A stretch of DNA of 64,000 bases from an uncultured Spirochaetales bacterium. GTDB taxonomy: Bacteria; Spirochaetota; Spirochaetia; Sphaerochaetales; Sphaerochaetaceae. Below, in pieces: positions 9,794-18,207 of the stretch. The translations under genes and the position numbers were made by a program. Where the stretch lies: the NCBI GenBank assembly GCA_949285905.1, contig CASDZV010000063.1, positions 5,050 to 69,049 of the forward strand, written 5' to 3'. The first letter of the stretch is position 1; each line of letters opens with the position of its first letter. The notes below the pieces were generated by a model, which searched no databases, had not been told where the DNA came from, and saw nothing but the letters and a program-made list of their open reading frames with translations.

Positions 9794-10305
9794 TTCTACC
9801 TCACGGACATGGAGCTGAAATCTCTGTGCGCACCATTATATGTCAGTACTGTGATTTTCGTAATACTTACTGGATTTAATGATTGATGCATTTGCAGTTT
9901 TTCACAAAGATCTCAGAGCATATATATGCCGGAAAATGTAAGTTCCTTTTCTGTTTTTCGATATGTTTCCTGTAGTTGTATATAACTGTGTATGAGGGCA
10001 GAATTATTCTTTTCTGAATTTCCCAAAGGAAAATTGCGGAGAGTACACATAGTGGAACATGACAGTGAAATGGCGAAATGAAGCTGTCGGAGCAGCAGAA
10101 TATAAAGAGCTTGAAAGAATAAGCATCGTAGCATATCCCTCAGTCAGGGAAAGACGGTATTATATGCTCTCCAGATCTGGTTTCATGAATAATCTCAAGG
10201 AGTTTGCTGCAAGAAGTGATGGAATGATCACACTGATTGATGGCGGTGCGCTTCTTGATGATTAGCGCCGAAGCGTTCCTGGGAAAATTCATTTGCACCT
10301 GCAGA

Positions 10306-11517
10306 TTACTGTATTTCCAGATCCGGAGAGAAGATATCTCTGCCTGAGACAAGGATGTAATCAGAATCTGTGAATGAAAAGCCCTCGAGTGATACGAAAC
10401 CAATCCGTCTTACATTCAGCTCTCCGATATCACGGATTTTGTCAGCTTCTTCTTCGGCAAGTGTTCTGCTCACTGGTTTTATTAGGTGCTTAACTTCAAA
10501 GACATCGTAGCCATCTCTATAGGCGATTGCACAGTCAAATTCTCCGTTTCTGTGGTTTTTCTTATCGTCATACCAGTACATGCCGACATCGCAGACACCT
10601 TGCAGTATTCCTTTCCTTACACAGCGTAAGAAATAGGATCGCGCAATATCCTCAAAACGATAACTCAGAAATGTATCAAGTGATGGTTGTACGAACTGTG
10701 TATACACGGCATCGGCTCCAAACTGCTGTATCCTTGATCTGTTTGCATGAACATATGTGAAGTAAAAACGCAGGAGATTGTCGCTGATTGCATAAAATGT
10801 AGTTTTCTTATCATCTGGACGATTAATGGGATGAATGCATGTTATCATCTCATTGTCAATCAGTTTCTTCAGAAGTTTCGAGAGATTGCCGGTGTTGCGC
10901 GGGTCCAGCTTTTCTCTGAGATCGCTATATGTTCTTTTACCATTGCCAAGTAAAGCAAGCAAGGAATATACAGGGCCGAGCTTCCTGTATTCCTGCATTA
11001 TCGCACGTTCTACCATTGATCTTACTATTCCTTCAGGTTCAAGGAATAATCTCTTGATGTTGTCTTCAAGCGTCAGTGATGTGTCCAAATGTTCAAGAGA
11101 CGCCGGCAATCCCCCGAAAATAGCAATAGTATCGACTTTCCATCGTAATTCTGCTTCAGGGAAGAATAAAGCGCTGTCATAATAATCAAATGGTTCAAGA
11201 TGCAGTATGAGGTCAAAGCGGTCGAAAAGTGGATTGTCGCTATCGAGAAGTTCTTTCATTACGGTCACTTCAGAACCCAGCAATATAATCTTGACTTTGC
11301 TTCCCTTCAGACTATCAATAATCTTTTGCATCATTGAATCTGTTTCTTTTCCACCATAACTTTCCTTGAGATTGTTGTATTCATCAAGAATTACGAGAGT
11401 ATCTTCGTCAAGACTTTTCAAAAAGCGGAAGAAATCGGGGAATGTGGAAAAAGTACGGTTTGAATCGCCGAATGCGAGACAATATTCCGATGTAATATCA
11501 TCAAGATTGACCGACAA
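10306..11517 (-). pseudogene. C-terminal ~400 codons of a second DUF234-family ATPase, severed from its N-terminus by an IS insertion
   Basis: The translation lacks a Walker A motif but keeps Walker B (LVILDEYNN) and the DUF234-like tail (RFEDIARSYF...GEFDCAI), paralogous to 7654-9027. The missing N-terminus lies at 12921-13101 on the same strand. Confidence 0.8.
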
Positions 11518-11531
11518 TCTATCCGCGCAAG

Positions 11532-11553
11532 CTCCCGGCTTCTTAAGCGGGAG
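11532..11553 (+). repeat. left-end subterminal hairpin of the TnpB element
   Basis: ctcccggcttcttaagcgggag forms a 9 bp stem with one bulged G and a CTT loop. Confidence 0.7.
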
Positions 11554-11602
11554 TTAGCGGATACCGGTTCCATCATCTCCAGCTATCTGCTATAATTATC
11601 AT

Positions 11603-12907
11603 ATGGAATCGAAGCGTTCGGAAGCCACCAGGAACAGGATAAGAGCAAGCCTGAAAGCCACCCGCGAGAAGCGGATGCATCAGGAGAAGCGCGTCGTGCT
11701 CCTTAAGGTGAACAGGTCCACGCTCTCATCCTCCGATTCCGACCGTTTCGGCAGGATATTCGCCGAGGCGAAATGGATCCGCAACAGCATCATCGCGCTC
11801 GATGACGCGCAATCCTATAAATACGACGAGCATAAGAAGGTCGTCCATTACGACAAGGACAGGAACCCGATAACCGATGATGTCACCATGCCGTCCGTCT
11901 ATCACAGAGGGGTTGCGGATGCGGTCTTCCGCGATATATCGAACCTCGCGAAGGCGAAGGCCAAGGGCATTGAGGTCGGGAAGCTCCATTTCGTGAAGAG
12001 CGTCGATTCCATAGACATCAAGACCGGGTTCATAAAGATAAAAGGCTCCGAGGTGATATCCATACCGGGCTTCCCGAAGCTCAGGGTATACGGGCTCGGG
12101 CAGCTGAAGCGGTACGGGGATTCATACGAGATCGCGGACGGGAAGCTCATAAGGAAGCCCTCTGGCTATTATGTGGCAATCACGGTCTGCATAGACAAAG
12201 ACAATATGCCGAAGAGGGCGAAGACGGGGAAGACTGTCGGGCTCGACTTCGGGCCTTCGAAGATAACCACGTCAGATGGCGAGGTGTTCGCTTATTACGA
12301 GGAGGAAACGGAGCGTCTCAGATTCCTGGAGCGGAAGCTCTCAAGGAAGAAGAAAGGCTCGACCCGCTATAAGCGCTGCCTCATACAGATCAGGGTGGAA
12401 CGCGAGAAGGCATACAACCGGAAGATGGATGCGGCGAAGAAGGTCATCGCTGATCTGATGGAAAGATACGATACCGTGTATTTCCAGGATGAGATGATAG
12501 CCTCATGGCACGCATCCCCTTCCTATTCAGGCCGCGTGCAGCATTCGTTCGTCGGAGCGGTGAAGGCGCTTCTGATGGGCATCTTCAGCGGAACAAACGG
12601 AAGGCGCGCATTCTGCATACAGCGCGGGTTCCCGACGACGAAGCTCTGCTGCACATGCGGCGAGATGAACAGCATCGGACGGTTCCAGAAGGAATTCCAC
12701 TGCGCCTACTGCGAGAGCGAGGAAGGCGACAGGGATGTCCATGCTGCGGAAACGATAAGAAAGCTTGGCTCGGCTATAAGAGCCCAGTGGCTGGACGAGC
12801 CCTGCGTGGAGGGTGATTCCTCTATCCTCGGCGGAGTGCTGGAGCACTACCGCAAGGGACAAGATCGCCTGATGAAGCGAAGATTATCCGAAACCGCCGC
12901 TTCTTAA
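11603..12907 (+). CDS. tnpB: TnpB (OrfB) RNA-guided nuclease-type transposon protein
   Basis: 434 aa. RuvC-like motifs GLDFGPSK (D), VYFQDEMIA (E) and DRDVHAAETI (D) flank the Zn ribbon CCTCGEMNS...FHCAYCES. Confidence 0.9.
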   Translation: MESKRSEATRNRIRASLKATREKRMHQEKRVVLLKVNRSTLSSSDSDRFGRIFAEAKWIRNSIIALDDAQSYKYDEHKKVVHYDKDRNPITDDVTMPSVYHRGVADAVFRDISNLAKAKAKGIEVGKLHFVKSVDSIDIKTGFIKIKGSEVISIPGFPKLRVYGLGQLKRYGDSYEIADGKLIRKPSGYYVAITVCIDKDNMPKRAKTGKTVGLDFGPSKITTSDGEVFAYYEEETERLRFLERKLSRKKKGSTRYKRCLIQIRVEREKAYNRKMDAAKKVIADLMERYDTVYFQDEMIASWHASPSYSGRVQHSFVGAVKALLMGIFSGTNGRRAFCIQRGFPTTKLCCTCGEMNSIGRFQKEFHCAYCESEEGDRDVHAAETIRKLGSAIRAQWLDEPCVEGDSSILGGVLEHYRKGQDRLMKRRLSETAAS

Positions 12908-12940
12908 GCGGGGGGTAGTTCATGCTGTAGCTCTCCTTCG
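12770..12940 (+). ncRNA. predicted omega/reRNA region of the TnpB element (scaffold over the tnpB 3' end and right end, guide reading into the flank)
   Basis: Inferred from the known TnpB architecture only. The tnpB stop codon lies inside the right-end hairpin (12897-12911). The RNA ends were not determined. Confidence 0.3.
12897..12911 (+). repeat. right-end subterminal hairpin of the TnpB element
   Basis: ccgcttcttaagcgg forms a 6 bp stem with a CTT loop and contains the tnpB TAA stop. Confidence 0.7.
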
Positions 12941-13101
12941 TACATAGATAGCTGATGATCTTTCCATTGAAATGCTCGGAGGCTTTCATGACAAGGCTCG
13001 TTTTTCCAACTCTTCTTCTGCCATATACTAAAGAAGCATTATTTTTTTGATGACAGAAATGATTTCAAGCGTTCGAGCTCTTGATTGCGTGAAATGAACA
13101 T
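12921..13101 (-). pseudogene. N-terminal fragment (Walker A region) of the IS-disrupted DUF234-family ATPase, additionally frameshifted in an A7 run
   Basis: GGAGG RBS, then an ATG at 13101. Translation gives MFISRNQELERLKSFLSSKK and then a stop. After a 1 nt shift in the homopolymer at 13042-13048 it reads NNASLVYGRRRVGKTSLVMKASEHFNGKIISYLCTKESYSMN, colinear with the intact paralog. Confidence 0.75.
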
Positions 13102-13347
13102 GTAGCCTCCATATTATTGAAATGTAATTCAATGAATTTAATTTCAGTAAATTAATAACGTGAAATAAAGTTGCTTTCAACTGCTGAAATTTGTTTCAGT
13201 AAGGTGGTTCACCGTAGAGATGAAGAGAAACAGACAAGGATTCTGTATGAGCTGAAGCAGCAGCCTTAACAAATCACAATCGAGTCTTAAGAAACTGAAA
13301 TTTACAGACATCGCTCTCTGAATGATGATGACACAAAGAGGTGAAGA

Positions 13348-14253
13348 ATGTCTGAGAGCCTGAACAAGAAGAAGATCAACTGGGCACCATATATACTCAT
13401 TGCACCGACAGTGATTCTCTTTGCGTGTCTTCTGCTTTATCCGCTTGGCAACGTTTTCTATCTTAGCTTCCAGAATAAACTGCTTTCCCGTCCAAAGCTT
13501 GACGGTTTTGCAGGATTTGATAATTTCATCACGCTGTTCACAGACGATCCTGTGTTCTGGGAAGCATTCCTGAACTCAGTGAAATGGGTTGTTGCAGAAG
13601 TCGGTCTTCAGTTTGTGTTCGGACTCGGTATCGCGCTTCTTCTCAAAGAGCGGTTCCGTGGCTGTGGTATTTTCCGCGCTATTCTGTTTTTGCCATGGGC
13701 GCTGTCAGGTGTTCTTGTCTCGATGCTCTGGTCAATGATGTATTTTGAGAATGTCGGTGTGTTGAATGACCTTTTCCAGCGTCTTGGCATCATTTCAGAG
13801 CCTGTCGCATGGACAGGGAATATCAATACATCATTCTGGGCTGTCGTTGTCGCTGAGCTTTGGAGGGGCATACCGTTCATCGCTATCATGATTCTCGCTT
13901 CTCTCCAGGCGATTCCGGATGAGCTTTATGAAGCCTGCCGTGTCGATGGCGGTGGCAGGATAATGAGCTTCCGCCACATCACATTCCCGTACATCAAGGA
14001 GACAGCCGTCCTCACGACACTTCTGAGAGTTGTCTGGGAGTTCAACAGTGTCGATCTGATCCTGAATCTGACAGGAGGAGGTCCTATCCACAAAACAACA
14101 ACACTTGCTGTCTATCTTGCCAATACAGCCAGACGCGATGGGAATTTCGGTTACGGCAGTTCCATAGCCGTCGTTTCATTCTTCATTCTCCTTGTGTTCG
14201 CATTTCTCTATCTGAAGCTCAGCAATTATGGAAAGGAGGAGAATGCTGTATGA
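13348..14253 (+). CDS. carbohydrate ABC transporter permease (MalF/UgpA-like)
   Basis: 301 aa polytopic protein with an EAA-type loop (ASLQAIPDELYEACRVDGGG), at the head of a sugar ABC operon. Confidence 0.85.
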   Translation: MSESLNKKKINWAPYILIAPTVILFACLLLYPLGNVFYLSFQNKLLSRPKLDGFAGFDNFITLFTDDPVFWEAFLNSVKWVVAEVGLQFVFGLGIALLLKERFRGCGIFRAILFLPWALSGVLVSMLWSMMYFENVGVLNDLFQRLGIISEPVAWTGNINTSFWAVVVAELWRGIPFIAIMILASLQAIPDELYEACRVDGGGRIMSFRHITFPYIKETAVLTTLLRVVWEFNSVDLILNLTGGGPIHKTTTLAVYLANTARRDGNFGYGSSIAVVSFFILLVFAFLYLKLSNYGKEENAV

Positions 14254-15095
14254 GAAACATTCTTCAAAACAGGCGTCTGAGACACAGGATTCTTGTACTT
14301 GTCCCTCTTTTTATAGCTGCAGTCTGGACACTCTTCCCGATATACTGGACTGTCGTTACATCATTCAAGACAAGTGCAGAGATAGCGGCAAAGCCCATTT
14401 CATATTTTCCTCATGCAGCAACTTTTGAGAATTATATCAAAGCATGGAGCATCGGAGGCTTCTCGCGCTATTTCTTCAACAGTGTCTTTGTCTCTGTTCT
14501 CAGCATGATATTCACTGTCATTCTGGCTACGATGGGTGGCTATGCCATGGCACGTTACAAGTTCAGAGGGAAAACTGCATTTACGCTTCTGCTTCTTTGC
14601 ACCCAGTTCATCCCGACAGCGATGCTTATCATACCGCTCTTTCAGATTTACAAGACAGTGTCTCTCATCAATTCACACTGGTCGCTCATAATCACATACT
14701 CAGTGTTCCACATCCCATTCAATGCAATGCTTATGAGCACGTTCATAAAAGGCATTCCGTTCTCCCTTGAGGAAGCTGCCAGAGTTGATGGCTGCACGGC
14801 AAGAGAAGCGTTCATGTATGTCCTGCTTCCTGTCCTTATGCCTGGTGTGGCGGCAATCGCTGCATACTCATTCATCAGCAGCTGGAATGAATACCTCTAT
14901 GCGCTGATGTTCATGACATCACAGCGTAAATATACTCTGCCGATAGGCCTGAGCATGATGATAGGCGAGTACAGCATCAATTATGGCCAGCTTACTGCTG
15001 GCAGCGTGATTGCGCTTCTGCCTGTCGTGCTGCTCTTCATGTATGTTCAGAAATACATGGTATCCGGTCTCAGTGCCGGAGCTGTAAAAGGATAG
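14250..15095 (+). CDS. carbohydrate ABC transporter permease (MalG/UgpE-like)
   Basis: 281 aa with EAA loop FIKGIPFSLEEAARVDGC. ATGA overlap with the upstream permease. Confidence 0.85.
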   Translation: MRNILQNRRLRHRILVLVPLFIAAVWTLFPIYWTVVTSFKTSAEIAAKPISYFPHAATFENYIKAWSIGGFSRYFFNSVFVSVLSMIFTVILATMGGYAMARYKFRGKTAFTLLLLCTQFIPTAMLIIPLFQIYKTVSLINSHWSLIITYSVFHIPFNAMLMSTFIKGIPFSLEEAARVDGCTAREAFMYVLLPVLMPGVAAIAAYSFISSWNEYLYALMFMTSQRKYTLPIGLSMMIGEYSINYGQLTAGSVIALLPVVLLFMYVQKYMVSGLSAGAVKG

Positions 15096-15113
15096 TGAAA
15101 ACAAAAGGAGATA

Positions 15114-16394
15114 ATGATGAAAAGATTTCTCATGATCGTGGCGGTGGTGGCTATTGCTTTATCCACTGTATTCGCACAGGGCGGCTCTGACCGCATCACT
15201 CTTACGTTCTGGGATGAGAATGCTGGAGAGACCAGGACTCCTTATTATCAGCAGCTCATTGATGAATTCAATGCTTCACAGGACAGAATCACAGTTGTCT
15301 ATGAGGGTATCCCATCCTCGTCCGCGAAAGAGAAGTATGATGTTGCGATAGCAACAGATACAACTCCGGATATCGGACACTGCAATGCTGCATGGGGCTC
15401 TAACTGGCTTGCACAGGAATGCCTGATTCCTCTTGATGATTACTTTGCAGCCTGGCCTGAATCTGAGTATATCAATAAGGAGTATCTGGCACTTAACCGT
15501 GGCCTCGATCCCGAGGGACGGCTTTTCATGATTACTGATACAGTTGCGACACCTCTGATGTGGGTACGTACAGACATGTTCGAGGAAAAGGGTGTGAAGA
15601 TTCCTCAGACCTGGGATGAGTTCTTTGCTGCAGCTGAGAAGCTGACAGATAAAGCAAATGGAGTATATGGATTCTCAATCAGAGGCGGGGCTGGCAGTGT
15701 CGTTGAGCTTCAGCATGCGCTTTATGCTTATTCTGGCATTCCTTCCTATTTCGATGAGAACGGCAAATGCACCATTAACAATCCCGATCATGTTGAATTC
15801 CTCCAGCGCTACGTGGATATGTACAATGTCTATACAGCTGAAAGCGATATCACAAATGGATACAAGGAAATGGTTGCGGCCTTTGATGGCGGATCTGCTG
15901 CCATGATTTTCCATAACACAGGATCGAAAGCAGAGCATGGAGCTGCTCTTGAGCCGGACCAGTATCAGGCTGTGAGATTCCCTGTTTCCAAGAGAGATAC
16001 ATACTCTTATACAGCAGGAAGCCAGGGCGGGTACTGCATCTTCGATACATGTGAGCACCCGGATGAAGCATGGGAGTTTATCCAGTTCATGCTTTCTGAG
16101 CATGCAAACAGTTACTTCAACGAGATGATCGGACAGGTTCCGATGAACAATCTTGTTCTCGAGGAGGAATGGGTTGCAGAGTCCCAGTGCACAAGCGAAG
16201 CTCTGAATACTCTTGCAGATCCGAAGTGCAAGCTTGTCTCCCAGCCGAAGTATCTTCCTGAATATTCGCAGATTATGGAAACAGAACTTCCTCCGATGTT
16301 CCAGGCAGTTCTTGCTGGCGAAATGACTGTCGAGGACTTCCTCGATACATGGGCAGATGCTTTCACTGAAGCATATGCTGCTTACAACGCATAA
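15114..16394 (+). CDS. extracellular sugar-binding protein (ABC family 1 SBP)
   Basis: Signal peptide MMKRFLMIVAVVAIALSTVFAQG. About 420 aa, Trp/Tyr/Asp-rich, positioned after two sugar permease genes. Confidence 0.8.
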   Translation: MMKRFLMIVAVVAIALSTVFAQGGSDRITLTFWDENAGETRTPYYQQLIDEFNASQDRITVVYEGIPSSSAKEKYDVAIATDTTPDIGHCNAAWGSNWLAQECLIPLDDYFAAWPESEYINKEYLALNRGLDPEGRLFMITDTVATPLMWVRTDMFEEKGVKIPQTWDEFFAAAEKLTDKANGVYGFSIRGGAGSVVELQHALYAYSGIPSYFDENGKCTINNPDHVEFLQRYVDMYNVYTAESDITNGYKEMVAAFDGGSAAMIFHNTGSKAEHGAALEPDQYQAVRFPVSKRDTYSYTAGSQGGYCIFDTCEHPDEAWEFIQFMLSEHANSYFNEMIGQVPMNNLVLEEEWVAESQCTSEALNTLADPKCKLVSQPKYLPEYSQIMETELPPMFQAVLAGEMTVEDFLDTWADAFTEAYAAYNA

Positions 16395-16440
16395 AGAGAT
16401 GTGGCTGCTGCCTTAGGGCGGCAGCTGATACAATCGCTAT

Positions 16441-18207
16441 ATGGCCGAACGCAGATTCAGATTTTCATTCCAGATGGTGATAGCCGGGATATTCATTCCT
16501 CTTATTACCTGCATAGTCATAATCACAGGCGTTGTCACGCTTTCGATGGTGGAGAACAATCAGCGCAACATCATCGGAGCCAACACACAGAGCGTGCTGC
16601 GTCTGACAGATGGATATTTCAGTTCCCGTCTTTCCGATGCCGTGGCCTCTATGATAGCAATTTACAACTCTTCAGTATTATCTGCGGTGCTCGACAGCAT
16701 ATCCCAGTCAAGTTCTATGTCCCCGTCTTCTTATCTGCAGCTTCAGAACCTGCTGGATAATGCCTTTGATAGTAATTACAGTATGGTCAGCGCCGTCGGC
16801 ATAGCATTTGAGGATTCTCCATCCTTCCTCTATAAAAGCTACCAGCACATTAAAGCTATAGATTATGACTGGCAGAGGATGCACGATATGACAAAGGGGA
16901 CTTTCCGTCTTGTCTGGCGATGCGTTGGAAACAATAGCTGTTTTCAATATAGCGGCAATGAGGAAAACAGTGCGGGAATATGTATAGAAGGTGTATCGCA
17001 GAAAGGCGCAGCTTTCGTTATCTGTCTTGATATCAGGGAAGATTTCATCAAATCGTCATTCGCAAACCTCCTTGTTTCTTCTCCAAGTGCGCTTATCGTC
17101 AAAGACAGTGAGGGATACGTGAATCTGATAGAGCCCACTCTGGATGACCCTGCTGGACTTATTCAGAAACTCAAGGGAATCGGTTCTCTTTCTGGTACGA
17201 TACGTTCTGATGATGTTTTCGCGGTATATGACTCAATTCCCATCAACGACTGGTCTGTCATTGTCGCCTTCGATGATTCTGAACTTTTCGAGAGCCTTGC
17301 TCCAATCAGGAATGTCATTGTTCTGATGGCAATTCTCATCGGTGTGCTTGCAGTTCTTCTTGCTGTGCTTTTCAGTGTGATTATCTCACGACCTGTGAGA
17401 TCGCTTGCATCAGAAGTGGCAAGGATAGATGTAGATGATATTGCCAATGCCACACTCTCCCAGACAGATTCCCATTTTTATGAAGTGTCGATACTCCGCG
17501 AGAATACCAGCTCGCTTTTAAAGCGTATCAATCAGCTGATTCAGGATATAGAGCAGAGGCAGCAGGAGAATCTCCGGATGCAGAACAGCCTGCTTCTTTC
17601 ACAGATCAACCCGCATTTCCTGTACAACATGCTCTATTCAATAGCGCAGGAATGCAGGATGGGTGAGACAGAAGAGGCCAGCGAGATGCTTTATGAGCTT
17701 TCATCATTTTTCCGTCTTGGACTGAACTCCGGGCGGGAAGTTGTCCCCCTTTCTGATGAGAAGGAGCATGTCCAGAATTATCTCCGTCTTATCTCCAGAA
17801 GTTTTCCTTATGGTCTGGATTGGGAGGTATCGATACCTCCTGGCCTCATGGATATGAAAATGCCGAGAATGACGCTTCAGCCTATCGCGGAGAACTGCTT
17901 CAAGCATGGTCTCAGAAACAGGCGCAGCCGTGGAGTCATAAAGATAAGTGCAGATAAGCAAGATGACGCACTTCTCATTACAGTTTCAGACAATGGCATC
18001 GGAATCACACCGGATAAACTCCGGAGCATCAATGAGACTATCCTCACAGGGAAGCATTCTGTGGGATTCGGAATATACAACGTAAGTGTACGACTCAGAA
18101 ATTACTTCGGAAAAGGCAGCACTGTCTCAATAAAGAGCGAACCTGGAAAAGGAACAGAGGTGACTATCCTGATCCGATACGATAAGGAGAACAGCAATGA
18201 GCATTGA
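16441..18207 (+). CDS. YesM/LytS-type sensor histidine kinase
   Basis: Two TM segments flank a ~270 aa extracytoplasmic domain. The His_kinase motif is QINPHFLYNMLYSI and the HATPase motifs are ITVSDNGIGI and GFGIYNV. Confidence 0.85.
   Translation: MAERRFRFSFQMVIAGIFIPLITCIVIITGVVTLSMVENNQRNIIGANTQSVLRLTDGYFSSRLSDAVASMIAIYNSSVLSAVLDSISQSSSMSPSSYLQLQNLLDNAFDSNYSMVSAVGIAFEDSPSFLYKSYQHIKAIDYDWQRMHDMTKGTFRLVWRCVGNNSCFQYSGNEENSAGICIEGVSQKGAAFVICLDIREDFIKSSFANLLVSSPSALIVKDSEGYVNLIEPTLDDPAGLIQKLKGIGSLSGTIRSDDVFAVYDSIPINDWSVIVAFDDSELFESLAPIRNVIVLMAILIGVLAVLLAVLFSVIISRPVRSLASEVARIDVDDIANATLSQTDSHFYEVSILRENTSSLLKRINQLIQDIEQRQQENLRMQNSLLLSQINPHFLYNMLYSIAQECRMGETEEASEMLYELSSFFRLGLNSGREVVPLSDEKEHVQNYLRLISRSFPYGLDWEVSIPPGLMDMKMPRMTLQPIAENCFKHGLRNRRSRGVIKISADKQDDALLITVSDNGIGITPDKLRSINETILTGKHSVGFGIYNVSVRLRNYFGKGSTVSIKSEPGKGTEVTILIRYDKENSNEH

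Larger units (their letters stand above)
11518..12920 (+). mobile_element. IS200/IS605-family element carrying tnpB only (IS1341-like); ends approximate
   Basis: It splits the ATPase gene. Subterminal hairpins at both ends share the 14-mer GCTTCTTAAGCGGG. There is no tnpA (Y1 transposase) ORF. The element is visibly GC-richer than its flanks. Confidence 0.8.

Noticed and set aside
10059-10265. 68 aa plus-strand ORF in the 9794-10305 intergenic region
   Set aside because: It has no RBS, no motif and no partner genes. It cannot be supported from sequence alone.
16407-16425. Short hairpins immediately after the solute-binding-protein genes (16407-16425 and 56345-56362)
   Set aside because: They are probably ordinary intra-operon mRNA-stabilising or attenuating stem-loops common after SBP genes. 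Neither has a strong T-run, and they are not distinctive enough to report as findings.
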